64,000 nt of DNA from an uncultured Lachnospiraceae bacterium (lineage in GTDB: Bacteria; Bacillota; Clostridia; Lachnospirales; Lachnospiraceae), in contig CAOKOL010000013.1 in assembly GCA_948470335.1 (NCBI GenBank), forward strand, positions 1,989 through 65,988, in the 5' to 3' direction. The position numbers and the translations under genes are program-made. The number at the start of each line of letters is the position of its first letter. Within the stretch, counting starts at the first letter, position 1. Positions 47,169 through 56,908 of the stretch are shown here, piece after piece. Below the pieces are notes generated by a model that did not search any database, was not told the DNA's origin, and was given only the letters and a program-made list of their open reading frames with translations.

Positions 47169-48237
47169 ACAAATGCTGGACGATTATGAAAAAACAATTC
47201 ACAATGGGGAGGTAGTCACTGGCAAGGTTATCGCTGTTAAGGAAGATGAGATTGTCCTGAATATCGGATACAAGTCAGACGGAATTATCACCAGAAGTGA
47301 ATACACCAACGATTCCAACACCGATCTTACCACCGTGGTCCATGAAGGCGACGAGATGGAGGCAAAGGTAATCAAAGTGAACGACGGCGAAGGCCAGGTG
47401 CTGCTCTCCTATAAGAGACTGGCAGCAGACAGAGGAAACAAGAGACTGGAAGAAGCCTTTGAGAACCAGGAGGTTCTGACGGCTCCCGTAACCCAGGTGC
47501 TGGACGGCGGCCTGAGCGTGATCGTGGACGGCGCGAGAGTATTTATTCCCGCCAGCCTGGTTTCCGATTCCTATGAGAAGAATCTGGGCAAATATGCCGG
47601 CCAGGAGATTGAGTTTGTAATTACCGAGTTTAATCCCCGCAAGAGAAGGGTCATCGGCGACCGCAAGCAGCTGATGGTGGCCAGAAAGGCCGAGATGCAG
47701 AAAGCACTGTTCGAGAGAATCGAAGAGGGCATGACCGTAGAAGGAACCGTGAAGAATGTAACGGATTTCGGCGCATTCATTGATCTGGGCGGAGCAGACG
47801 GTCTGCTTCATATCTCCGAGATGTCCTGGGGCAGAGTGGAGAACCCGAAGAAGGTATTCAAGGTAGGCGATACCGTTACCGCATTTATCAAAGAAATCAA
47901 CGGAATGAAGATCGCCCTGAGCTTAAAGTTCCCCGATAAGAATCCCTGGCTGAACGCAGCGGTAAATTATGCCGCGGGCAATGTAATTACAGGCCGGGTA
48001 GCCAGAATGACCGATTTCGGCGCATTTGTGGAGCTGGAGCCTGGTATTGACGCGCTGCTTCATGTAAGCCAGATCTCCAGAACTCATGTGGAGAAGCCCT
48101 CCGACGTTTTGAAGATCGGACAGGAGATCACGGCGAAGGTTGTGGACTTTAACGGCGATGATAAGAAGATCAGCTTGAGCATGAAAGTGCTGGAGTCAGC
48201 GGACGCTGCGGATGATTACGCGGACGAGGAAGAATAA
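47149..48237 (+). CDS. rpsA: 30S ribosomal protein S1 (four S1 domains)
   Basis: Repeated S1 motifs (G.V..V.DFGAF..L..G.DGLLH.S.). The start at 47149 overlaps the ispH end by 20 nt in another frame. Confidence 0.85.
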   Translation: MSELSFEQMLDDYEKTIHNGEVVTGKVIAVKEDEIVLNIGYKSDGIITRSEYTNDSNTDLTTVVHEGDEMEAKVIKVNDGEGQVLLSYKRLAADRGNKRLEEAFENQEVLTAPVTQVLDGGLSVIVDGARVFIPASLVSDSYEKNLGKYAGQEIEFVITEFNPRKRRVIGDRKQLMVARKAEMQKALFERIEEGMTVEGTVKNVTDFGAFIDLGGADGLLHISEMSWGRVENPKKVFKVGDTVTAFIKEINGMKIALSLKFPDKNPWLNAAVNYAAGNVITGRVARMTDFGAFVELEPGIDALLHVSQISRTHVEKPSDVLKIGQEITAKVVDFNGDDKKISLSMKVLESADAADDYADEEE

Positions 48238-48266
48238 GAAGCATCCGGCAAACGCGTTGCTTTCAA

Positions 48267-48299
48267 GCCGGACATACAGGATAGTATGTCCGGCTTTTT
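48267..48299 (+). terminator. rho-independent terminator after rpsA
   Basis: GCCGGACATA / TATGTCCGGC arms followed by TTTTT. Confidence 0.7.
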
Positions 48300-48350
48300 A
48301 TGATTTAAAAATTTCCGTTATCAATTTAGATAAAGAAGGCCGGTATCATC

Positions 48351-49286
48351 ATGACAGATATCAGACAACTGCAATATTTTGTAACCAGCGCCCGGCTTGG
48401 CAGCTTCAGCGAGGCGGCGTAGGCGCTGTATACTTCCCAGCCCCATGTGAGCATGGTAGTGAGGTCGCTGGAGCGGGAGCTGGGGATGACGCTGCTGGAG
48501 CGCAGGGCCAGAGGGGTGTCGCTGACGAAAAACGGTGAGCGTATTTTTGCCTATGCCGTTAATATCCTGAAAAACGCGGAGCTGATTTCTCTGGCGGGTA
48601 TGCAAAAGGACAGACCGTTTTTTTCTGCAGCCTCTAATCCCAGCAGCCGGATGGCGGCGCTGTTTTCAGAGTTTGTCACGGCCAATGAGGCGGATCATAG
48701 CCAGTTCCGTTATCGGGAAGGGGGCGTGGAGCAGGTGATGGACTGGGTCAGCGGCCATGAGGCACAGATGGGGTTTGTTTTTGTTCCATTGAATAAACAG
48801 GCGGCTTTTCGATATCTGCTGGAACGTAAAAATCTGGAATTCACTATGCTGACGGTTACGGGGCTGGTGCTGTACACCGGGGTGCGCAGTGCCTTTTACG
48901 GTATAAGATCAATTGCGCCGGACAGGCTGGGCGGGCTGCGTTATGTCCAGATGGAGGAGGATTTTTTTACGCTGCTGGAACTGTCGGAGGGGCTTTTAGC
49001 CGATATCCTTCCCGGTACTATGCTGGATCAGGCCGTGATGACCAACAGTGACCATATGGTGATTCATCTGCTGCAGCAAACCGATCTCTGCAATCTGGGA
49101 ACTTACTGGCGGCATGACCGCTGTTCCAGCGAAGGAATTTCCGTGGTTTCCATAGAGGGCTGTGAAGAAACCATCGGATTCGGTTATCTGAAACGAAAAG
49201 GTGAGGAAGCGGACGGTTACGGAGCTTCTTTTCTGGAGTGGGTTGCCGGGGCATGCGGAAAAAATGACCTGATTCCGTCTTTCTGA
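48351..49286 (+). pseudogene. LysR-family regulator with in-frame TAG at codon 24 (48420-48422)
   Basis: MTDIRQLQYFVTSARLGSFSEAA-TAG-ALYTSQPHVSMVVRSLERELG... The stop sits inside the HTH. The rest of the gene is intact and in frame. Confidence 0.7.
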
Positions 49287-49394
49287 TATAAGAAATCCTT
49301 ATACCTGCCTATAAATAAGCGGCTATATCCCCGAAAAACCAAAACTGGTATAATAGTGTCGAATCATTTATGACGCCAGGGGGGGATAGCCGAA

Positions 49395-50735
49395 ATGGAG
49401 CATGAAGGACAGTTTTGTATGACAAAAGGGCCCATCGGACGTGAGCTGTTACAGCTGACGCTGCCGGTTTTGCTCTCCCAGCTTTTACAACAGTTTTATA
49501 ATATTGCCGACGCATCTGTCATCGGTCAGGCGGCAGGTGCTGTCGGACTGGCCGCGGTAGGATCCGCCGGGCTGCTCCTGTCGGTTATGGTAAATTTTTT
49601 TATCGGTCTTTCCACGGGCGTCAGCGTGGTGGCGGCACAAATGTTCGGTGCAGGACAGTTTGGGCGTTTGAAGGCATGTATTCATACGGCCATTGCCGCC
49701 GCCCTGGCGTTTGGCGTTGTATTTCAGGCGGCAGGACTTGCGGGAACCGACCGGTTTCTGCTCTGGCTGGGTACGCCCCGGGATGCGGCGGAACCGTGCA
49801 GGCAGTATTTGAAAATCTGCTTTTGGGGCATGATCCCTCAGCTTGTTTACAATATGGGGACAGCCATTTTGCGCGCGCTGGGAAATACCCGCTCGCCGCT
49901 TTACTATCTGACGTTCTGCTCCGTCATGAACATCGGGCTGGACTGCCTGCTTGTGGCGGTATGTCATTTGGATGTCCGGGGTGCGGCCGCCGCCACGCTG
50001 CTGTCCCAGATCCTTTCCGCTGTTCTTGTATCAGGTAAGCTGATGCGGCTGAGTCCGGCGTTCCGGCTGCGGCTGTCATGCGTCCGGCCGCACGGGACAC
50101 ATCTGAAAGCACTGGCGGCTGTGGGTATTCCTGCAGGGATGCAGGCGGTTTTCATGAGTATTTCCTCTCTGGTGATTCAGAACAGTATCAATTCTTTCGG
50201 GACGGCGGCTATGGCCGGGATGACGGTCTTTTCAAAAGTGGAGGGATTCTTATATTTTCCCCTTTTTTCCCTGGGCATCGCCGTGACTAGTTTCGTGGGC
50301 CAGAATGCCGGTGCGGGGCAGTTTGAGCGTATCCGAAGCGGGATGAGAATGAGCGTGTGGGTCGGTCTGGGACTCTGGTTGGTATTTGCGGCGGTGCTGC
50401 TGGCGGCAGAGCCGCTGATATTGGAGATGTTTACCACAGACCGGGCGGTGCTTCAAAATGCGGAGACGGCGATTCGTTATCTATTTCCCTTTTACTGTCT
50501 CTATGCGGTCAATCAGGTCTGTATCGGCGTCCTGCGGGGAATGGGGCATACCTTTTCTCCGATGGCCGTCACCGTGCTGTGCTATTGTGCGTTCCGGATT
50601 GCCTGGTGCGGCCTGCTTCTGCCTCTGTGGCATGATATGCGGGTGATTTATCTCAGTTATATTCTGAGCTGGGTGATTATGATTCTATTGTTGGCATTTT
50701 GCTGCAGGAGGTATCTGGCAGGGGCCGGAGCATAA
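49395..50735 (+). CDS. MATE family efflux transporter
   Basis: LPVLLSQLLQQFYNIADASVIGQ N-terminus and 12-TM-like hydrophobicity. Confidence 0.85.
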   Translation: MEHEGQFCMTKGPIGRELLQLTLPVLLSQLLQQFYNIADASVIGQAAGAVGLAAVGSAGLLLSVMVNFFIGLSTGVSVVAAQMFGAGQFGRLKACIHTAIAAALAFGVVFQAAGLAGTDRFLLWLGTPRDAAEPCRQYLKICFWGMIPQLVYNMGTAILRALGNTRSPLYYLTFCSVMNIGLDCLLVAVCHLDVRGAAAATLLSQILSAVLVSGKLMRLSPAFRLRLSCVRPHGTHLKALAAVGIPAGMQAVFMSISSLVIQNSINSFGTAAMAGMTVFSKVEGFLYFPLFSLGIAVTSFVGQNAGAGQFERIRSGMRMSVWVGLGLWLVFAAVLLAAEPLILEMFTTDRAVLQNAETAIRYLFPFYCLYAVNQVCIGVLRGMGHTFSPMAVTVLCYCAFRIAWCGLLLPLWHDMRVIYLSYILSWVIMILLLAFCCRRYLAGAGA

Positions 50736-50775
50736 AAGCCGGTCAGTCCGGGCAGGAATGCCGAATATGTTGTTT

Positions 50776-51936
50776 TCAGCAGTTCCCCAACAGCATCTCC
50801 AGATATGCCCTGAAAAAATCGGCTGTCGGCAGTCCGCACATTGTTCCGTCGGCTTCCCAGCGCAGCCAGGGCTGTTTGCTGCCGTATTCTTCATAGAAAC
50901 AGGGCTTGAAAGCCGTTCCGGCCGCAGGCAGGAAGAAGCCGGATATTCGGCTGTAGCAGTTTTTCGCTGTGGCTTTTGTCCGGTATTTCGGCTCCACATA
51001 CCGGGATATGCTTTTATGTACGGCCTGGTCTTCCAGAGGAAGGTAGTAATAGTTTTTGTAGTCTTCGAAAAAATATTTCAGCTCCCCTTCGATCAGAGGA
51101 ATCCGAAGGGTCAGCTCCGTCTCTTTGCAGGACATCCAGAACTGTCCGGTCGGGGAGGCAGCTTTTTGTTTATACAGGGAAGAAAAATTCCGGCGCAGAA
51201 CAAGGGGGGCGGGGATTTTCCGTCCGTTGTTGGTTTGGTACACGGAGAACAGTTCTTTTTTCTCCTGTCCTTCCCAGTCCGTATAACGGGCTTCCTCACA
51301 GTGATCCCAGAGAAAACCGCCTTTGAAAAACCGGGTATAGGCAAACAGGGCCGTAAGCCGGGGCATGTTGTTTACGTCTTCCTCATTGTGGAGGAGGAGA
51401 AGGGTTTCTTCCTGGCGGCCGTGATGTTTGCAGTACTTGGAAAAAACAGGAATCAGCTCGCCGCCGTCATACTGATCCCTGCGCCGGATTCCCAGAAAAT
51501 CTTCGACGGCTTTCTGACGGCAGCTCGGAAGGCCCAGCAGGTTTTTGTATGGCCTGATCTGCTGATACAGATCCATATCCGACAGTTGCGAAAAGCGCCG
51601 GCAGTCCAGCCCGTTTCGCCGGCACCGGGTCTGAAAAAAGGGCAGATCGAACCGGGTTCCGTTGAAATGAACCAGTGTGGCAGGCTGAGAAAGCTGCCCG
51701 ATGAAATCCAGAAACGCCGCCAGCACCAGAATTTCTTCCTCCTCCGACTGGGCCAGCCACTGAAAAAACTGTCCGCTCTCCGGTGTGAGAAGCAAAGCGC
51801 CGACCAGATAAATCATATTTTTTTCTCTGGACAGCCCGGTGGTTTCAATGTCAAAAAACAGACAGGGCGATGCTGTGGGAAAAATGGAAAAATCGGCGCC
51901 GGAGACTGGGCCGGTTTTCTTTTGTATGGCAATCAT
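50776..51936 (-). CDS. RNase H-fold (YprB-like) exonuclease-domain protein with uncharacterised C-terminal half
   Basis: FFDIETTGLS DEDD-type motif and FNG..FDLPF. AAGGAG lies 9 nt before the ATG. The plus-strand 399-aa ORF is a shadow. Confidence 0.7.
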   Translation of the reverse strand: MIAIQKKTGPVSGADFSIFPTASPCLFFDIETTGLSREKNMIYLVGALLLTPESGQFFQWLAQSEEEEILVLAAFLDFIGQLSQPATLVHFNGTRFDLPFFQTRCRRNGLDCRRFSQLSDMDLYQQIRPYKNLLGLPSCRQKAVEDFLGIRRRDQYDGGELIPVFSKYCKHHGRQEETLLLLHNEEDVNNMPRLTALFAYTRFFKGGFLWDHCEEARYTDWEGQEKKELFSVYQTNNGRKIPAPLVLRRNFSSLYKQKAASPTGQFWMSCKETELTLRIPLIEGELKYFFEDYKNYYYLPLEDQAVHKSISRYVEPKYRTKATAKNCYSRISGFFLPAAGTAFKPCFYEEYGSKQPWLRWEADGTMCGLPTADFFRAYLEMLLGNC

Positions 51937-52266
51937 GGAATATACTCCTTCATTTGATAAAAATAGTATAGCATACCGGCGTGTTTTTGGGTATCGTATT
52001 CTTTTTCCCTATTATATGCCGGATTTTGCACTGTTTTGAAAAATCTGGTTTACAGATCAGCGTTATGTGTGCTAAAATAGAACGAGGAATTCCCTTTCCG
52101 AAATGAATATTGATGCATATTCTGAGAGTGGTGGACGAGCCTCTTTCCGAATCCTATTGACGCTGCATTTATGCTGGGCCGAGCTGTTTTGGCCATGGAA
52201 TGTACCGTTTATAGATTTCGGGAGGGGGATTTTTTTGATTTATATCATGCAAAGGAGAGTATAGAA

Positions 52267-53130
52267 ATGGAAAACTATGCAGGATTGCCGCCTCTGATTA
52301 ACTGGGAGGCCTTACGGAGCCTGAATATGCCGGTGCGGCGCGAACCGCCGGCTCCGGGTCCCAAAGAAGCGGACAATATGTGGGACAAAACTTCCGGGAT
52401 GTACAGCCGGATGACAGAGCTGGAAGGGAAATTTACGCTGGATCAGTTGGACTGCATCCCGATTGAACCGGATGACACGGTTCTGGATGTGTGCTGCGGT
52501 CCAGGACGTACGGCGGTACCCGCCGCAAAGCGGGCGAAGCTGGTTACCGGAATCGACAGCTCTAAAAAGATGCTGGAATATTGCCGCAGGCATGCCGAAG
52601 AAGAAGGAATCCGCAATCTGGAAACCAGATTGATAGACTGGAACGAGGTGATTCCCGGCGAGAATCTGGAACAGCATGACATCGCGATTGCCTGCCGCTG
52701 TACGGCGATCAATGAGATTGAAAAGCTTTCCGCATGTGCCAGGAAATACGCGGCTATCGTGATCTGGGCCAACGCGCCCAGCATTCCCGAAATCCTGAGT
52801 CATCTGTTTGAGGGCGCCGTGGAAGGCAGAACCTTCCGGCCGAGACCCTCAGACCGCCGTGTGGGGTATAATGTATTTTACAATCTGGTTTACGATCAGG
52901 GTTATGATCCCAACTGCAAAGTACTGGACGATGGTTATTATGCCGTCTACGGCTCCCGTGAAGCGGCCTATGAGGATCTGAAAATACTTTCGGACCGGCC
53001 CGTTACGGATGAAAACCGGTATCATGCAAATGTGGACCGGTATCTGACGGAAAATCAGGACGGAACCGTTACGTTTTTACATAAGACCAGAATCCTTGTT
53101 CTGTGGTGGGATACCCGCGTCAGAAACTGA
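52267..53130 (+). CDS. class I SAM-dependent methyltransferase
   Basis: VLDVCCGPGR motif I. AAGGAGAG lies 8 nt before the ATG at 52267. Confidence 0.75.
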   Translation: MENYAGLPPLINWEALRSLNMPVRREPPAPGPKEADNMWDKTSGMYSRMTELEGKFTLDQLDCIPIEPDDTVLDVCCGPGRTAVPAAKRAKLVTGIDSSKKMLEYCRRHAEEEGIRNLETRLIDWNEVIPGENLEQHDIAIACRCTAINEIEKLSACARKYAAIVIWANAPSIPEILSHLFEGAVEGRTFRPRPSDRRVGYNVFYNLVYDQGYDPNCKVLDDGYYAVYGSREAAYEDLKILSDRPVTDENRYHANVDRYLTENQDGTVTFLHKTRILVLWWDTRVRN

Positions 53131-53177
53131 GGAAAACGGTTTATTGACAGAGATTAAAAAGGAGACTAAGGAGACTT

Positions 53178-54398
53178 ATGATGAAAAAGAAATTAATTGC
53201 CCTGCTGCTTGCAGGCGCCATGGTGTTAAATCTGGCGGCCTGCGGAACAAAGGAACCGGAAAAGACAGAGACACCTGCCGAAACCCAGGCCCAGTCCGGG
53301 ACTGCCGAAACTGCGGAACCGGAGACCACAGCCACAACCACAGCCCCGGCCGCTGAAACGCCGGCGGATACCGGCGAGTGCGGAACCGTTACGGTGACGG
53401 ATATGAGCGGTGATGAAGTAACCGTAGAAGGAAAGGTAGAGAAGGTTATTAATCTCTGGCCCTCGGTAACATCCTCATTTTTTGTGATGGGAGCCGGCGA
53501 TCTTCTGGTGGGCGTCGGGGTGAATTCCCCCGGCATTATGAATCGGTGGACGCAGTTTTTCTATCCGGAATGTGTCAATATTATGAGTATGGGCGGTACG
53601 GAGCCGTCGGTGGAGGAACTGGTAACCCAGAATCCCGATCTGGTGATTACCCATCCTTCCTCAGCCAGCAGCGGTCTTGCGCAGCAGATTCGGGATACCG
53701 GTATTCCCGCGGTCAATATTAATTATAATGACTATGAAACCATGGCGGAAGCCTATACGATTCTGGGACAGATTTTAGGCGGCGAGTATCAGGAGAAGCT
53801 GAATCAGTGGTGTACGGACGTTCAGGGAAAATTGGAAGAACACCGGAGTCTGACTGCCGGTTTATCGGATGACGAAAAACCGGTGGTATATTATATTGCC
53901 GGCCAGAGTGAGGAGCTGCTTACAACCATGGGCGCGGGAAGCATTATGCAGACATGGATTGAGGTGAACGGCGGAATCTTTGCTTCCGATGTGCTGAATC
54001 TGGAAGGACAGGAAGTAACCGCCGAGGAAATTTTCAGCCTGAATCCGGATGTGATTATTGTGGGCGGCGTGTACCAGCATGTGCTGATCGACCAGTTAAA
54101 GAACACCGACGGCTGGAAGGAATTGAATGCCGTAAAGAATAACAGAGTATACAACAATCCTTACGGCTGTTTTAACTGGGAACGTTTCGGCCTGGAGAGC
54201 CTGATGCAGATCGACTATGCGCTGCTGTGTATCCAGCCTGAAATCGCCGCTGAAAACGGAATTACCCGCGAATCAATGGTACAGGAGGTTCAGGATTTCT
54301 ATCAATATTATAATGGGACGGAGCTGACCGACGAAGAAGCCGGGTATATGCTGGACGGCATGCAGCCGGACGGTACGGCTGAGGTTCCCGTACAATGA
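53178..54398 (+). CDS. siderophore/corrinoid-type (cluster A/BtuF-FecB-like) ABC substrate-binding lipoprotein
   Basis: Lipobox LAACG, a T/A/E/P-rich linker, and Peripla_BP_2-like blocks (PDLVITHPS, PDVIIVGG). Confidence 0.8.
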   Translation: MMKKKLIALLLAGAMVLNLAACGTKEPEKTETPAETQAQSGTAETAEPETTATTTAPAAETPADTGECGTVTVTDMSGDEVTVEGKVEKVINLWPSVTSSFFVMGAGDLLVGVGVNSPGIMNRWTQFFYPECVNIMSMGGTEPSVEELVTQNPDLVITHPSSASSGLAQQIRDTGIPAVNINYNDYETMAEAYTILGQILGGEYQEKLNQWCTDVQGKLEEHRSLTAGLSDDEKPVVYYIAGQSEELLTTMGAGSIMQTWIEVNGGIFASDVLNLEGQEVTAEEIFSLNPDVIIVGGVYQHVLIDQLKNTDGWKELNAVKNNRVYNNPYGCFNWERFGLESLMQIDYALLCIQPEIAAENGITRESMVQEVQDFYQYYNGTELTDEEAGYMLDGMQPDGTAEVPVQ

Positions 54399-55441
54399 TT
54401 TTGAAAGACAGTCCGAAGAACGGCAGAGCCGCCGACATGAAATACCATATGATTCTCTGGGGAGGGGCGGCCGCGCTGGCGTTTGCCTTTCTCCTTTCCC
54501 TGACCATGGGACGCTATGCGGTTCCGTTTTCCGAGGCCTTTCAGATTGTTTTCTCCAATGTTTTTCCGGTCACGAAAACCTGGTCTGATATTTCGGAGTC
54601 TGTCGTTATGGATCTTCGGTTTCCCCGGACGGTGACGGCGGCGCTGGTCGGGGCGGCGCTGGCCCTTTCCGGCGGAACTTACCAGAGTATTTTTAAAAAC
54701 CCCATGTGCTCGCCGGACCTGTTAGGCGTTTCTGCGGGAGCCTGTGTGGGGGCTGCCATCGCCATTCTGGCAAACGGTAGCAGCGCGCTGATTCAGGGCT
54801 GCGCTTTTGTGGGCGGCATTACCGCAGTAGTTTTAACCGTCAGCATACCGAAGCTGCTGCGCAATGATTCCACGACCATCCTGATCCTGACAGGCGTTGT
54901 GGTGGGCGGCCTGATGAATTCCGTGATGAGTATGCTGAAATATGTGGCGGACACGGATACGAAGCTGGCAGAGATTACCTACTGGACCATGGGCTCCTTT
55001 GCCACGGTTACGATTCCGGAGCTTTTGCCGGTTCTGCCTTCCATCCTGATTCCGATGGGAGTGATCCTGCTGATGCGCTATCGGCTGAACGTGCTGTCGC
55101 TGGGGGATAATGAGGCCCGTTCTCTGGGCGTCAACCTGCAGCGGACAAGGGGAATCTTTATCTTTTGTTCCACCCTGATTTCCGCCAGTTGTGTCTGCCT
55201 GGCGGGCACGATCGGCTGGGTCGGGCTGATTATTCCCCATACTTCCCGGATGCTGGTGGGATCTGATAATCAGAGGATGCTGCCGGTTTCCATGCTGTTC
55301 GGCGCGGCTTTTATGCTGGTCATCGACATTTTCTGCCGTACCGTCTCGGCATCGGAACTGCGGATCGGCATCCTGACGGGACTGCTGGGTACTCCGTTCT
55401 TTATCTTTATTTTATATGAACAGAACAGGAGGCTACGATGA
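54395..55441 (+). CDS. FecCD-family ABC permease
   Basis: LRFPRTVTAALVGAALALSG block. ATGA overlap with the upstream stop. Confidence 0.85.
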   Translation: MILKDSPKNGRAADMKYHMILWGGAAALAFAFLLSLTMGRYAVPFSEAFQIVFSNVFPVTKTWSDISESVVMDLRFPRTVTAALVGAALALSGGTYQSIFKNPMCSPDLLGVSAGACVGAAIAILANGSSALIQGCAFVGGITAVVLTVSIPKLLRNDSTTILILTGVVVGGLMNSVMSMLKYVADTDTKLAEITYWTMGSFATVTIPELLPVLPSILIPMGVILLMRYRLNVLSLGDNEARSLGVNLQRTRGIFIFCSTLISASCVCLAGTIGWVGLIIPHTSRMLVGSDNQRMLPVSMLFGAAFMLVIDIFCRTVSASELRIGILTGLLGTPFFIFILYEQNRRLR

Positions 55442-56217
55442 TTTTAGAAGTGGAAAATTTAGCCTACCGCTATCATAACGGTCCCGCCATTTTTCAGGAT
55501 ATAAATTTTCGGCTGGAGCAGGGCGAGATTCTTTCGATTCTTGGGACCAACGGCGCCGGAAAAAGCACGCTGCTGAACTGTCTGGGAAATCTGTACACGC
55601 CCTGTACGGGCGAGATCCGGCTGGACGGAACTTCCATGCGGCGGCTTCCGCTGACCCAGGTATCCCGGCTGGTGGGCTATGTCCCCCAGATTCATTATCC
55701 GGTCTATGCCTACAGTGTGAGAAATTTTGTGGTTATGGGACGGACGCCTTATATCGGCGCGTTTTCCAGGCCGAAAAAAGAGGATTATGAAAAAGCGGAT
55801 CAGGCACTTGAAAAGCTTCATATCAGCCATTTGGCCGAGAAAGCCTATACGGAGATCAGCGGCGGGGAACGTCAGCAGGTGACGATCGCCCGGGCGCTGG
55901 CGCAGGAACCGAAAGTGATTTTGCTAGACGAGCCCACGGCCCATCTGGATTACGGCAATCAGATCCGGACGGTGCGGCTGATCAGAGAGCTGGCTGACGA
56001 AGGCTATGGGGTGATTATGACGACTCATAATCCGGACCATGTGCTGATGCTGGGCGGAAAAGTGGGCGTGCTGGACAGAGAAGGCAGAATGGAATTCGGC
56101 GACGCGGGGGTGATTCTTACCGAAGAAAAGCTGTCCCGGCTGTATCAGGTCAGGCTGCGTCTGGTGCAGGTAGAGGGGCTGGACAGAGAGGCCTGTGTGG
56201 CGTCCATGTCAGGGTAA
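55438..56217 (+). CDS. ABC ATP-binding protein (FecE/BtuD-like)
   Basis: GTNGAGKSTLL, ISGGERQQV and ILLDEPTAHLD. Confidence 0.85.
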   Translation: MILEVENLAYRYHNGPAIFQDINFRLEQGEILSILGTNGAGKSTLLNCLGNLYTPCTGEIRLDGTSMRRLPLTQVSRLVGYVPQIHYPVYAYSVRNFVVMGRTPYIGAFSRPKKEDYEKADQALEKLHISHLAEKAYTEISGGERQQVTIARALAQEPKVILLDEPTAHLDYGNQIRTVRLIRELADEGYGVIMTTHNPDHVLMLGGKVGVLDREGRMEFGDAGVILTEEKLSRLYQVRLRLVQVEGLDREACVASMSG

Positions 56218-56318
56218 AAGGTAAAATGTCGCAAAAGCGACCCGTCGTGGGCGAAAAATCCTGCGAAGCGAGATTCTGTTTCACATAACACTTAATATCA
56301 CAGGAGGAATAGGTATAT

Positions 56319-56843
56319 ATGCTGGAAGGAAAACTGATAACGGTAGGAATCTGCGCATGCAGTCCGGCGCCGAAAGCGCTTGACCTGATCCGGGAATTAA
56401 AAAAAAGAGGAGCTGAGGTACATGCGGTTCTGACGCCGAACGCCCTGCATTTTGTGCCGCCGCTGCTGGTGCAGAGAGAGACGGGCACACCCATTCAGGT
56501 GGAGGCCTTTGAACTCCCCGTTCACTATGACGCCGGCCACAAATCTTTATCCGGGGCGTCGGATCTGCTGCTTTTGGCTCCCGTCTCCGCGAATACGCTG
56601 GGGAAGGCGGCAAACGGCATTGCCGACAATCTGCTGTCCACCACGGTGCTGTCCGTAAAATGTCCGGTGATAGCCGCAACGCATATTAATCCGGCTATGT
56701 ATTCCAATAAAAGCGTGCAGCGGAATGTCCGGCAGCTAAAGGAAGACGGCGTGATCTTTGTGGAAAGCGACGCGCCCAGGGAAAGCCTGTTTCCGTCGGT
56801 GGAGCGCATTGTGGAAACAGTGGAACGAGTGTTGGCAGATTAA
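56319..56843 (+). CDS. flavoprotein-family protein (CoaC/EpiD-like decarboxylase fold)
   Basis: 174 aa. GICACSPAPKALDLIRELKKRGAEVHAVLTPNA and APVSANTLGKAANGIADNLL blocks. Confidence 0.7.
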   Translation: MLEGKLITVGICACSPAPKALDLIRELKKRGAEVHAVLTPNALHFVPPLLVQRETGTPIQVEAFELPVHYDAGHKSLSGASDLLLLAPVSANTLGKAANGIADNLLSTTVLSVKCPVIAATHINPAMYSNKSVQRNVRQLKEDGVIFVESDAPRESLFPSVERIVETVERVLAD

Positions 56844-56858
56844 TATGGTTTTTCGATA

Positions 56859-56908
56859 AAAACAGCGGGCAGATTTTCCGTTTTCCGGAAGCTGCCTGCT
56901 GTTTTTAT
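56859..56908 (+). terminator. hairpin plus T-tract after the flavoprotein gene
   Basis: AAACAGCGGGCAG...CTGCCTGCTGTTT (one mismatch) followed by TTTATT. Confidence 0.6.

Noticed and set aside
48420-48422. In-frame TAG in the LysR gene as a recoded (pyrrolysine or read-through) codon
   Set aside because: No pyl genes or other in-frame TAGs are seen in the window. The position normally holds an ordinary charged residue. A point mutation or sequencing error is far more parsimonious.
50758-51957. 399-aa ORF on the plus strand
   Set aside because: The mirror of the minus-strand exonuclease gene. That gene has DEDD motifs and a good Shine-Dalgarno sequence. The plus-strand product is repetitive and motif-free.
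52000-52266. Possible cobalamin riboswitch ahead of a BtuF/FecB-type transporter operon
   Set aside because: I could not find a B12 box (GCCACTG-like core) or the conserved GGGAA / GGTG...AAxTCC elements. Without a covariance-model scan the call is unsupported.
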